A DNA stretch of 63,324 bases, filler included, from Candidatus Hydrogenedentota bacterium (GTDB lineage: Bacteria > JBFMHD01): the NCBI GenBank assembly GCA_040752395.1. It is 9 parts of 9 records of this genome, joined end to end, with 100 filler letters (N's around TTAATTAATTAA, not from the genome) between each part and the next. Parts side by side here need not be neighbours in the genome. Positions count along the whole stretch, not along the records: positions 47,583 to 52,846 come from JBFMHD010000197.1; positions 52,947 to 58,085 come from JBFMHD010000198.1; positions 58,186 to 63,324 come from JBFMHD010000199.1; 6 more parts are not named here. One strand, given 5' to 3'. The position numbers and the translations under genes were made by a program. Shown here in pieces: positions 51,182 through 63,006 of this stretch; position 1 is the stretch's first letter; every line of letters starts with the position of its first letter. The notes under the pieces are model-generated. The model was not told where the DNA came from, made no database searches, and was given only the letters and a program-made list of their open reading frames with translations.

Positions 51182-51463
51182 ATGCAGAAGGTAAAATATG
51201 TTTGTAAAAGCTGTAATAAAATTATACCGGATAAAAAGACACGATATATACTTCAGATACAGCTGTTCGCAGATGGTGGCGTGTTTGAGCCTGATATTAA
51301 TGATATGAATCGTGATTTAATAAAAGAGATGAAAGATTGTATAGCGCTTGCAAAGGACAAGAGTGAGGAAGAACTTAACTCTGAGATTTATGATGAATTT
51401 TATTTTATTTTATGTAAAAGCTGTCGTGATGAATTCTATAAAAAAATCAAGAAATTAATATGA
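51182..51463 (+). CDS. Small zinc-ribbon hypothetical protein
   Basis: Two CKSC motifs. Confidence 0.65.
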   Translation: MQKVKYVCKSCNKIIPDKKTRYILQIQLFADGGVFEPDINDMNRDLIKEMKDCIALAKDKSEEELNSEIYDEFYFILCKSCRDEFYKKIKKLI

Positions 51464-51464
51464 A

Positions 51465-52082
51465 TCAACTCAGGAACTCTAACATTTTTCTTATTGCGCG
51501 GGCACGATGTGATAACTCATCCTTTTCTTTAGGTTCCATTTCAGCGAACGTTCGGCCATCACCTTCATCTGGAACAAATATAGGGTCATAACCAAACCCA
51601 TTCTTACCCCGTGGTTCAGATGCTATCTTACCTCTGACTTCGCCTCTGAACTTATAAACTTTATCGTTTCTGGAATTATATAATACTAAAACACAGACAA
51701 ATTTCGCTTTTCTATTTTTTTTATTTTTTAGTTTTTTAAGGAGATATTGACATCGTTCTTTATCATCTTTAATACCGCCATACCGCGATGAATTTATTCC
51801 TGGTTCTCCTTTTAATGCGCTAACACATAAACCAGAATCATCAGAGACTATATGGAGGTGTTCAAAATTTTGAACCACTCCATAAGCATCTGCAAACACC
51901 CTTGCTTTTAATAATGCATTCTTATAAAAACTTCTCGCTGTCTCAATCTCGTTTGTATCAATGTTTTTTATTTTGAGATACTCATTTATTATTTTTATTA
52001 ATTTGTTGTTCCCTATAATTCGTTTGATTTCTTTTATCTTTGCTTTATTCGTAGTTGCAACAATGACTTCTATTGTTTTCAT
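51465..52082 (-). CDS. rdgB: Non-canonical purine NTP pyrophosphatase
   Basis: ATTNKAK, DDSGL, GFGYDPIF, SHRARA. Confidence 0.96.
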   Translation of the reverse strand: MKTIEVIVATTNKAKIKEIKRIIGNNKLIKIINEYLKIKNIDTNEIETARSFYKNALLKARVFADAYGVVQNFEHLHIVSDDSGLCVSALKGEPGINSSRYGGIKDDKERCQYLLKKLKNKKNRKAKFVCVLVLYNSRNDKVYKFRGEVRGKIASEPRGKNGFGYDPIFVPDEGDGRTFAEMEPKEKDELSHRARAIRKMLEFLS

Positions 52083-52106
52083 AAAGCTATAATCGCAGAG
52101 TTCTTG

Positions 52107-52832
52107 TTATAATAATTGGTGTGCGAGTAAATTCTTTTCTGCTTTGATCAGCTGTTGTATGCCGTACCAGCCATATTCTATCATTCTATCAAGCTGTTTT
52201 TTATCAAAGACCTCTTCTTCACCAGTTGCCTGTACCTCAACCAATTCTTTCTTATCAGTCATAACAAGATTCATATCAACGCTACAAGCAGAATCTTCTT
52301 CATAGTTAAGATCAAGTATAACCTCGCCATCAAGTATGCCAACACTTATAGCAGCTAAATATCTTTCAACAGGCATTTTTTCAATAACATTCTCTTTTAA
52401 AAGTTTTCTCAAAGCTAAAACAAGTGCAATAAATCCACCTGTAATAGAAGCTGTCCGTGTGCCGCCATCTGCCTGCAATACATCACAATCAATTATTATG
52501 TGTTTCTCCGGGATAAGGCTTAAATCAACAACTGCTCTCAAACTTCTTCCTATCAGTCTTTGAATCTCATGGGTTCTGCCTTTTATCTTGCCTTTTACCG
52601 ATTCCCGAGGCACCCTTGTCTGTGAAGACCTCGGCAACATCGAATATTCAGCATCGATCCAGCCTTTACCTGTATCTTTAATAAAAGGCGGCACATATTC
52701 ATCAAGTGTTGCGCAACATAAAACCTGCGTGCTACCCATTTTAATAAGAGATGAACCTTCAGCGTATTTATTTGGGTTTAAAATAATCTCAAATGGTCTA
52801 ATTTCTTTTTGTTTTCGTCTGTCAGCTCTCAC
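52107..52832 (-). CDS. rph: Ribonuclease PH
   Basis: EYSMLPR, EIQRLIGRSLR, QADGGTRTA. Confidence 0.97.
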   Translation of the reverse strand: MRADRRKQKEIRPFEIILNPNKYAEGSSLIKMGSTQVLCCATLDEYVPPFIKDTGKGWIDAEYSMLPRSSQTRVPRESVKGKIKGRTHEIQRLIGRSLRAVVDLSLIPEKHIIIDCDVLQADGGTRTASITGGFIALVLALRKLLKENVIEKMPVERYLAAISVGILDGEVILDLNYEEDSACSVDMNLVMTDKKELVEVQATGEEEVFDKKQLDRMIEYGWYGIQQLIKAEKNLLAHQLL

Positions 52833-52946
52833 GATAGTTATCTCCTNNNNNNNNNNNNNNNNNNNNNNNNNNNNNNNNNNNNNNNNNNNNTTAATTAATT
52901 AANNNNNNNNNNNNNNNNNNNNNNNNNNNNNNNNNNNNNNNNNNNN

Positions 52947-55900
52947 CATCTATCGATGCAGAGCCAATGTTCCCGGCACCATCCTTACACCGAACCGTTA
53001 TCGTATGTTCTCCTTCCACTAAACCCAAACCCCCAACCCCTAACCCCTGTATTATTATATACTCTCCATCATCGATTTTATACGCAGTCTCTACTACACC
53101 TGTTAGATTGTCTGTTGCATTAATTGTAAACGGAGTTTGTGAGGTTACAAACGTCGGATTTGAACTGTATTTCGGATCTCCGATATCAATTGAGATTACA
53201 GGCGGAGTTAAGTCTATGATAAACGATACTGAAACACTCGTCTGGTTACCAACTAAATCTGTTGCTGTGATTGTCTCTGTATATATCCCTTCAGAAGTAT
53301 AAGGACTATTATCACCTGTGATAACTATGTTCTCTACAGGCGTGTAATTATCTGATACTGTAATGTTCAAAGTTACAGACTGATTAGTCGGCGTAGTAAC
53401 AGGCTCAATACTTAATACAGGTGGTGAATTATCTACTATAAGGCTTAGAATTTTTGTGGTCTCTACATTGCCAATAACGTCTATCGCAAGGTACTGAAAA
53501 TAATATATCCCTTCGCTTGTTATATTAATTGGCGTTGTATAGGTTATGTATTCACTACTATTGATGCTGTATTCTATACTACTTACACCAAGACCGATGC
53601 CATCACCGTAATTTATAAGATCATCTATAGCTGATAGTGTAATTGAAGTTGCTGATGTTATGTACACTGCTGTCTGCGATTCAAAATATGGTGCACTAAA
53701 ACTAACTGTGGTTCGTGGTGCCTGGATATCATGAATTACTTCAAACCGAGCAGAATGTAATTCAGTAATATGACCCAAAAAATCCTTGGCTGATACTACT
53801 AATCTCCAGAATCCGTCATCAAGTGTTAAGGGTTCAATTATTTCACCATTTGTAACATTAATTACAGTACTCTCTTCAAGGTCTATAAGATAAGATATCA
53901 CTGTCGGATTATTGTCAAAATTATCTATTACCGAAAAATCTATCACAATAGAATCCTGAAGAGCTACATAACTCTTTGCACCAGGAGATTCAATCACAAT
54001 CTCAGGTGCTTTATTATCAATTGTAACAACAACTGTTGAATCAGCCTGATTGCCTAACAAGTCCCGGGCACTAAAAACAAGTGTATGAAGACCTTCAGTA
54101 ACAGGAACATCAGGAGAACTAAATTTTAACATGCCAACACCAGCATCACTTGCTGACGCAGTAACAGGTGTAAGAGAAGTAATGTATGTCATACTTGCTT
54201 TCTTGTAACGCGGTTCACCTATTGAAACCACAAGTCCCGGTGCGGTATTATCCACCCATAGATTCACGCTCTGTCTTGGCTCAACGTTCCCAAACTTATC
54301 CATTGACCAGTATTGAATAATGTGCTTGCCATCACTCAAGCCCTGTAATGTAAATGTTTCTTTATACTCATATTCAAACATTGTATCAACTAAATAGCAG
54401 ATACTCTTTACACCATAGCCAGCATTATCTCCAATCGTATATAGGTCATCGATAGTATTGAATGTAAATCTGGTCATTGTTGTAACAAACGTATCGCCTG
54501 GTGACTGTCCATCTACACCACCTGTTGCTTGAGGTGATCCGATGATGAGGGATGTTCTTGCTGGCTGGATGTCTGCCGGAGCCAGACTAACCTCAATCAT
54601 AGAACTGTAATTCATCCCAGCTGATGCAAAAATGTATAATAAGCCGGTATCAAGCGTTCCTTCGGCAGAACTAATCTCAAGATTTATGGCTCGTTCTTCC
54701 CCTCTTTGTAAACATATATTACGTTCCTTTAAAACAGTATGTATACCCTCAGGAATTATTGAAAAAAACGTATCTAACAAAAAGCTCACTGATGAAACAC
54801 CATCTAAAGGATTCTTTACAGGAATAGAAACATTAGTTATTCCTCCAATCGGCGAATAATATACTACAGTTTCACTTGCAAGCGAATAGTTGTTATCTTC
54901 ATCACTTTCTTTAACCGTGTTTTGCGGATCAATCAATGCTTTAAAAAAAGTTTTGTTCATCGAAGAACTCCACGGTATATCCATAAAAATATTTAAAGTA
55001 TCACCAGGATTAAACACCGGGATAGTTTTTATTCCTATCATTTCTTCTTCCTGGAAGAACCCGAATTCAGTTCTTCGAAATTCTACTGTAAAGTTCTCTG
55101 CAGGCAATGAACCATCGTTTGCCATCTGGAATTCAAGCTCTCTTGTTTCTGCCTCAGTTGTTGTATGAATACTCATACCTCTTGCTTCTAAATCAGCGAT
55201 TTCTGTGCTTAAATGAAGATAAACATCAAATGGCGTAGTATCTATATTAACGCCGTAAAAATCTATCCTGACTAAAATATTCTCGTTTTCTTTCAAAGGC
55301 GCGATTATAATAATTTCTACACTATCCTCCTCGTTTTCAGCTAATAAGAACTGGGTTTCGGTCATTGTTATCTGCCATCCATCAGGGATTAAACCACCCA
55401 ATCGTGCTTCAATAAGAGTTCTCTCTTCCCTGTAAGTTCTTATAGGTATATATGTCCTGTATCTTTTACCGCCCCAGACTCTAATGTATCTCACACAATT
55501 ATGAACAGCATTATTACTATAATTGGTCTCTATTATTTTTCTTGGAGATATCGCCGGATTAACTTCTACGTCATAGTTTGCATCCCAGTTTGGTACGATG
55601 AACGTATGTATATATGTATCTCCTGGCCCAAGGTTACCGATGTTTATTATGTGATCAGGTCTGCCAGGCGGTGGCAGCCAGGGTAACCCTGCACCCCACC
55701 ACGTAGCCCTTAATCGCAATAAAACATTCTCTGCTAATGCACCACCAATATTATCAACCATTGCTTTTACCTCAACCCATTGTACACCAGGACGATAGTA
55801 TACCCTTCTTGGTATTACCCAGACAACTCGTAAATCAGGATAAACTTTTATTGTTATTACTTTATCATCAATACTTGAGTTACCATCGCCATCTTCAACT

Positions 55901-58085
55901 TTAAGCCAGTATCTAAACTGGCTTGTTCCAGCTGGACCACCATTTATAATAGTATCTGTTGTTATGGCTTCTTTAATTAATACATCATTTAATTCGCTAA
56001 ATATACCATCTCCATTATCCATATACCATTTATAATTTAACGGCCTTGTATCGCCAAGCAATTGGTCAGGGTCAAAAGACGCAGAGCCGTCAAGTATAAC
56101 TTTTACATTTTGCGGATTGTTTAATGTAACGTCACTGCCAGCATTGGCAACCGGCGTTCTGTTAAAATAGATGCTCTTGCTATCCATACTGATATTTCCT
56201 GCAAAATCATATACCCTCAAAATCAAATCGCCTTTTCGAAGCGGTATCACATTCGCATTAATGATACCTATTACTCCACCTGATAAAACGTTATTAGAAC
56301 CAATTGAAATCAAATATGTATCCCCTGTTTCTCCTTTTATAAAAAGTTCAAAACACATAAGGTCAGAATCCCTTACCTCACCAGTCACAGTCTTTGAATC
56401 CGTTATTATCTCTTCATTAACCGGCTCATCTATTCTTACAGTAGGCGGTATTTTTGAGGTGTCTGTTATGATAAACCTGTTCTCTTTAATCGAAAAAAAT
56501 ATATTACCTGCATTGTCAATAACTATGACATCGACGTAATAATTTACCATAGGATTTAAAATACCTTCTGCGTTAAAAAAATAACTTTGATCAGACGTTA
56601 TTTTTGTATCCGTTGAATAAACAATATTATTGAATAAATCATCTGTACCTATAATTATTCTATATCCTTTCTGTCCAAACTTTTGAGGTTGATCAAAGTC
56701 CCAGGATATTGTTATATTGTAATTACTTAAAGTTTGAGGCGGTAGTTGACCATTTATGTATATCGGGTCAGGTACCGCATCTTTCCCTGGTATAGCTATT
56801 ATAAAATATTCTGTTCCACTACTCCATCCACTCCATTTATTACCATTGTCCCTTGTTCTTATTCTTACGTAATACTTACCTTCAGCAAGATAAAATGGAA
56901 TGTCAAACCAGGTATCAGAAGAGTTTACAACTCCTGAAGTGTAAAAAATATTCGTAAAGTTCGTGTCATTTGATAACTGAAGTTCAAAACCATTTTGCGT
57001 ACCGTTATATTTGTCGATAAATTCCCAGGATACTGTTTTTAGTGTATTAGTGTCAAACGTCTGCGGGAACGTAAGCCCGTTTATCCGCAGGTTTTGCGGT
57101 GGCTCAGGAGCTGGATTATTATCAACTTTGTATTTCCTTATGCTGTTTACTCCTTCCTGGATTGAATCAAACGGCTTCACCCTGATATAAACATCCTCGG
57201 GTTCTGTCAGTGCAATGCTGTCTGCAACTGAATCCCAGACAAATAAATGCGGAACACCGTAATTATCTGACGAAAGATTTGTCTTCCCCTCGCTTCCTGT
57301 TCCTGTCTTTTCTGTAAGACTTTTATAATTTACACCATCTAAGCTGTATTCAATGCTTATGCTCAGGTTTTCATTCTCACGGTCAGTCAGGTAATAGTTA
57401 ATGCTAACATCACCTTCATAAACATCCAAATCATCAGGCATTAAATTATCTGCATTGTATAACGCATTGATTTCATCCTGAGATAATTGTCTGTTGTAAA
57501 CACCAAAATCATCATAGATACCGTACAGATTGATCTTTGGGTTCCAACAGGATAAACGTGGATAATAATTTACATATAGCTCGCCTGAATAATTATAACT
57601 GGCAATAAATGTAGTATTTTCATAGATTTTCATACCATCAGGACCCCATGTAAAAGTAATCATTATCGGAATCCCATTAGTATTAAAAAATTTAGAATCA
57701 TTATTAAATGCAATCGTAGGTCGACCAGGAATAAAAAATTCCTGCATGAGAAAATATAGTTGCATTTTACTAAAAGATGCATCTGGACCATAATATATAT
57801 CTTGCCAAATTTTTGGATAGTCATTAGTTTTGCCTGACCCCATCCTGAACATCGAGCCTGCTTGTTCTGGTATTACCCAAAAAGTAACTGAACCAACGCT
57901 TATATCGAATTTGTCAGTTGGGAAATAGATGTATCTTAGTTCATCCACATCCATACCCTCATTAAATACTGCATCCGCATATTTCTGCGAGTAGTTCATT
58001 GTTCCAACAGTATAATTTTTGTCTATAGGGTCAAACAAAGTATTATTGTATAAGCTTGTAACTCGGCTCTGCCAGAGATTTGCAA
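52947..58085 (-). CDS. Giant multidomain surface/secreted protein, partial at both ends
   Basis: LamG-like (YNRQLSQDEI), FN3-like, PKD (PVANAG..LDGSASFDPD), two CARDB (PDL.., VKESDEDNN), repeated Ig-like D..GN..DNTAP units. Confidence 0.8.
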
Positions 58086-58185
58086 NNNNNNNNNNNNNNN
58101 NNNNNNNNNNNNNNNNNNNNNNNNNNNNNTTAATTAATTAANNNNNNNNNNNNNNNNNNNNNNNNNNNNNNNNNNNNNNNNNNNN

Positions 58186-59427
58186 CTGATTGACTTCATT
58201 TGGCGAGGTACCGCTACCAGCGGCAATCCGGCTTCGGCGTGAACCATTAATTATCTGCGGGTCTTCTCTTTCATCTTTTGTCATAGCTTGAATTATAGCC
58301 TTTATTCTGCTTATTTCCTTTCCTGATACCTGAAGATTCTTAATGGGAATCTTTGAGACTCCTGGTAAATATTGCAACATATCCTGTAAAGAGCCCATCT
58401 TCTGTATCTGCTCAATCTGAGAGAGAAAATCTGTAAAATCAAAATCAGCTCTTTTAATTTTCTTTTGCAATTTTAATGCTATCTCTTTATCAAGGCTACT
58501 TTCAGCCTTTTCTACAAACGATATAATGTCTCCCATCCCGAGTATTCTTGAAGCTATTCTTTGAGGATAAAATATTTCAAAATCAAGAATCTTCTCACCG
58601 CTACCATAAAAGTAAATAGGCATCCCTGTTATCTCTTTAAAACTTAAAGCTGCGCCCCCCCTTGCATCGCTATCAAGTTTAGTAAGTATCGCACCTGTGA
58701 TCGGGATTTTTTCTTTGAAAGTCATTGTCATAGTTGCGGCTTGCTGACCTGTCATAGCATCTAAAATCAAAAATGAACTATCAGGTTTTAAAATCTCGTT
58801 AATTAATACTAATTCATCCATCATCTCGTGGTCTATCTCCATTCTGCCTGCTGTATCAAAAATTAGAACATCTTTTTTAATATCATTAAATATATTGATT
58901 ACCCTTTTTGTAAAAGTATCGATAAGCTCATTTTTTTCAGGTAAAATAGTAGTGAGTCCTAATTTCTCTCCCAGAATCCTGAGCTGCTCCTGTGCTGCGG
59001 GTCGATAAATATCTGCAGCTGCTAATAAAACAGTTAATTTCTTTTTGTTGATAAGATAATTTGCTAATTTAGCTGCTGTGGTAGTTTTACCTGAACCCTG
59101 TAAACCTATAAATAAAACCCTGTGCGGTAACTCTCTCTCAAGATTCCAAATTTTTTCAGTATTACCAAGAATATCAACAAGTTCATTATAAATAATCTTT
59201 ATAAACATCTGTCCAGGCGTAACACTTTTAATAACCTCGCTACCTAATGCTTTTTCTTTTACCCTGTTAATAAATTTTTTCACAATGCTAAAATGTACAT
59301 CAGCCTCAAGTAAAGCAAACTGTACCTCTCTACAGGCTTCCTCTATGTTGTTTTCAGATAAACGACCAACACCAGTAACCATTCTAATTATCTTTTCAAA
59401 TTTTTCAGTCAATAACGAGCCGAACAT
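58186..59427 (-). CDS. ffh: Signal recognition particle protein, 3' truncated
   Basis: ALLEADV, GLQGSGKTT, DTAGR, TKLDSDARGG, RILGMGD. Confidence 0.97.
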
Positions 59428-59435
59428 TCATAGGT

Positions 59436-59669
59436 CTCCTCTGAAAAACGTTGTAACTCTAATAATATCAAATAGAGGCAAGAAGCAAGATAACGGAAGA
59501 AGTAAGAGGTATCAGGACAGGCTACAGGCTACGGACTACAGCCGGCTGGAGTCAAAAGCCCAAAGCCTGCTGAAAAGTCTTGAGTCTTGAGTCTTGAGTC
59601 TCGAGTCCTGTTTTGACTCACGACTCTCGACTCTTTGACTTCTATACCCCATCCCCTATACCCTATCCC
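59436..59669 (-). repeat. Modular element supplying the ffh SD
   Basis: GGGGATA/GGGTATA array, GACTCAA array, GTAGCCT, CTTCTTG, terminus TTTTTCAGAGGAG. Confidence 0.92.
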
Positions 59670-60359
59670 CTAATATCCTTTGTGCCTTTTCCTCCTGAGA
59701 GGTATGTGTAGAGCGCTTTGTTTTAAAATTTTAATTGGTTCTCGTAGATTATGGAAAGAATATACAAACGAACCAGCCACAAGTACATCCACTCCTCTAT
59801 TTACAGCATCTCTATAAGTCTCTCTGTTTATGCCGCCATCAACTTCAATTAAATATTTATAACCTTCTTTCGCTCTGATCCCCTTTAATATGCTTATTTT
59901 TTTTGCACTGTTTTTTATATATTTCTGACCACCGTAACCCGGCTGAACAGTCATAACAAGCACAAGGTCTACAACATCCAAAAAAGATAGCAATTTTTCT
60001 ACTCTTGTATCAGGGTTTAACGAGATTCCTGTTTTACACCCATACGATTTTATAGTTTCAATAACTTTATAGGGGTTATTCTCTGATTCTATATGAAACG
60101 TTATTAAATTAGCACCTGCTAAAGAAAATTTTTTTATGTAGTTCAATGGATGAGCTAACATCAGGTGAACATCAAAAAATAAATCTGTATCTTTTCTAAC
60201 AGATTTTATCACATCTGGACCAACTGTCAGATTAGGCACAAAATGGCCATCCATAATATCCCAGTGTATCCAGTCAGCACCCGCCTCTTCAGTCCTTTTA
60301 ATCTCTTTTCGGAGATTCCCAAAATCACAAGAAAGAAGCGAAGGAGCAATGATTACCAT
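59670..60359 (-). CDS. rpe: Ribulose-phosphate 3-epimerase
   Basis: IAPSLLS, HWDIMDGHFVPN, DVHLM, EVDGG, VAGS. Confidence 0.97.
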   Translation of the reverse strand: MVIIAPSLLSCDFGNLRKEIKRTEEAGADWIHWDIMDGHFVPNLTVGPDVIKSVRKDTDLFFDVHLMLAHPLNYIKKFSLAGANLITFHIESENNPYKVIETIKSYGCKTGISLNPDTRVEKLLSFLDVVDLVLVMTVQPGYGGQKYIKNSAKKISILKGIRAKEGYKYLIEVDGGINRETYRDAVNRGVDVLVAGSFVYSFHNLREPIKILKQSALHIPLRRKRHKGY

Positions 60360-60367
60360 AATTCACC

Positions 60368-61339
60368 TTACAGTCTTTCCTCACGATACCATTTGTTGTC
60401 AAGATAGATTATAACTTTTGCTGGTGGATAATAGTCTATACTTATATCAACCTTTCTACCCGACTTGATTGAAGAGTTATATACCTCTTTTACACCTTTT
60501 TTGTCATCAACTATAACTTTTAAATGATGGTTACGATTATCCATTGGGGCAACAAACGGAAATATTGTACTGCGTCGGCTGCTTATGTCTTTGTATTTTT
60601 CATATACATAAATTACAACATTGTCACCCGATTTAACAAAGCTCCCGAACCCGGGTTTTTGAGCAAAAACTTTTCCTTCCTCTGTATCAGGTACAGCTTT
60701 TCGTTGGACCTTTACATTTAACCCGATATTGTTTAGAAGCTCCCTTGCTTCTTCTTCAAAAAGCCCTGCTAAATCCGGCATTAAAAAATCTTTCTCTTGC
60801 TTACCACGTGATACAACAAGCGCTGCGTTGACCCCCTTTGGTATCTCACTTCGCGGCTCAGGAGACTGGGCTATTACATAGCCTGCAGGAATAATGTCAT
60901 CATAGATATAAATTATTTTATTTAAAACAATCAGATTTGAGATGTTCTTATCAGCCTCATATTTCCTGATCACATCTTTAACCTCTACTAAAGACTTACA
61001 GGTGAAATCAAGCATTCTATCTCTTAGAACTTTCTGACTGATTTTAAGCCTTATTTTTCTTCCCTGTTTAATCTTTTCACCTGCTAAAGGCTCCTGTGAA
61101 ACAACAGTGCCGATCTCATAATTTTCATTATAAATACCTATTTCCTCAATATCGAGTTTCTTTTCTTTTAATATCTCTCTTGCTTTTTCAATCCGCATTT
61201 TGGAGACCTCTGGAACTATCACCTCATTGCTACTCATAATATCACAGGTATACCACCATGCAATAAACCCGGCTACCACGGCGATAAATAATATAAATAT
61301 TATAAATAAAAAAAATCTAAAAATATATTTCATAATCAT
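60368..61339 (-). CDS. Membrane protein with three PASTA domains
   Basis: TM helix, VPEV..VVSQEP, VIAQSP, MPDL..VFAQKP. Confidence 0.88.
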   Translation of the reverse strand: MIMKYIFRFFLFIIFILFIAVVAGFIAWWYTCDIMSSNEVIVPEVSKMRIEKAREILKEKKLDIEEIGIYNENYEIGTVVSQEPLAGEKIKQGRKIRLKISQKVLRDRMLDFTCKSLVEVKDVIRKYEADKNISNLIVLNKIIYIYDDIIPAGYVIAQSPEPRSEIPKGVNAALVVSRGKQEKDFLMPDLAGLFEEEARELLNNIGLNVKVQRKAVPDTEEGKVFAQKPGFGSFVKSGDNVVIYVYEKYKDISSRRSTIFPFVAPMDNRNHHLKVIVDDKKGVKEVYNSSIKSGRKVDISIDYYPPAKVIIYLDNKWYREERL

Positions 61340-62044
61340 TCTTCGATAAGTAATTGTTGCGATTTTAGAAGAATAAGTCTAAATTTTGCCTCCTCATAAA
61401 AAAAAGCTTCTTCACCTTTATCAACAAATTCTTGATAAATCTTTTCTGCTTCCTCTACTTTATTAGTCTCACGGTAAAGGTCACCCAAACGAAGTTTTGC
61501 TTCTGAAATAATACTTGATTCCTCATATTTATTAATAAAATCTATGAGATTCTGTATTATCTTCTCTTTATCATTACTATTTAATTCTTCTGCGATAATC
61601 ATCATATATTCTGCTTTAATTTTCTCATCTTTTGTAAGATCACCTGATTTTAAACCAATGTTGAGTATCTTTATAGCATTATCAGGATCTCCCTTTTCTA
61701 TAAATTTTGATGCCATCTTTAAAACAGCCTGACCATAGACAAATGTCCCTTTATAATTCTTTATTATATATTCAAGATTTTCTATAACATTTACATCTTT
61801 ACCTTTGTTCTCTAAATCAATCGCCTGCCTGTACCTCCCAAACGCTTCTAATTCCATTGTTTCTCTCCTTGTTCTCAAGCCATATATCAAAAAATAAACT
61901 ATAACTACACCAATTATTCCATATATCACCTGCCTTGAATATTTATTCCAAAATTCTTTTGTCTTTACAATAAACTCAGATATATATTCCTTAAGCTCAT
62001 TTCTTTTTAATTCTTCTCTTGTTAATTTTACCTTCTTGGCCAAT
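61336..62044 (-). CDS. YfgM-like TPR membrane protein
   Basis: LTREELKRNE N-terminus, TM helix, TPR helices; likely TTG start after AGGAG. Confidence 0.7.
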
Positions 62045-62253
62045 TTATTGTCTCCTGCTCCACACTTATAACAGCTTGTAATTACCACCAATTCGACATA
62101 TCCAGCGTGTCACTCGGCTGATGGCTTATACCGTTGTGTTATTATTAATTATTATAAATTTAGTAAATTTGTAAATTGTTTTTTTTGATATCCCCTCAGT
62201 CTACTACAGGTCTTGTGACCCTCACTACTCTGTGCTTTATCTTGCTTCTAATA

Positions 62254-63006
62254 TTAAAACAAATATGTTATACCTGTGCTTCCCCTGAAATCTGAACTTC
62301 CTTTACCCATACCTACCCCGATACCGAAATCTACAATAAAATTGCTGGAACTACAATATTTAAAGCCAAGAAAAATGTTGGCAAGGCTATCATCTCTTCC
62401 TGGTAAATTGCTGCTCCTTGCTTCAAGCTCAGAGACTAAAAACAAAAAACTATTCAACTTTTTTTCCATTCCTAAACCCGCATTAACGACGTTTTTCGTA
62501 TTCATACTCTCTGATTTACTAACAATAGTATAACCAATATTCTCATAAAGCTTGAATCGGGCGTAATCCTGCGTAAAACTTAAATTCATACCGGTCTTTA
62601 ATACGTCCTCCCACTGGCTAAACCCTCTTGTAGAAAAAGAAGGTAGATATACAATAAATTCAAGTGCTGTTTTCTGGTTTCTTGTATTTCTAAAAAACGG
62701 AAGCACATATTTTGTATGAAATGATACACTACTTAGCATCTTCAGCCCACTGCGATAATCTACAAAAGGAACGGTAACAGCTGCCTCCCATTCTCTCGTG
62801 AGACCGTATGAATATTTTAATGGAACAAATATGCTTTCAATATTACCTGCTCTCCGTGAATAAAGATGATACTCCAACCCTGTCTCAAGCTCGCTCTTTC
62901 TGTATGAGGCTATATCAGAATCGTCTACTCTTAATGGCCTCCTTGCAAAGAGAGGGTTTGAAAAAAGAAATAATAGCATAAGTATAGCTAAATTCTTCTT
63001 AAACAT
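62254..63006 (-). CDS. Outer-membrane beta-barrel (transporter-like) protein
   Basis: Signal peptide, RPLRVDD, amphipathic strands, C-terminal GITYLF; start moved to ATG 63006. Confidence 0.7.
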   Translation of the reverse strand: MFKKNLAILMLLFLFSNPLFARRPLRVDDSDIASYRKSELETGLEYHLYSRRAGNIESIFVPLKYSYGLTREWEAAVTVPFVDYRSGLKMLSSVSFHTKYVLPFFRNTRNQKTALEFIVYLPSFSTRGFSQWEDVLKTGMNLSFTQDYARFKLYENIGYTIVSKSESMNTKNVVNAGLGMEKKLNSFLFLVSELEARSSNLPGRDDSLANIFLGFKYCSSSNFIVDFGIGVGMGKGSSDFRGSTGITYLF

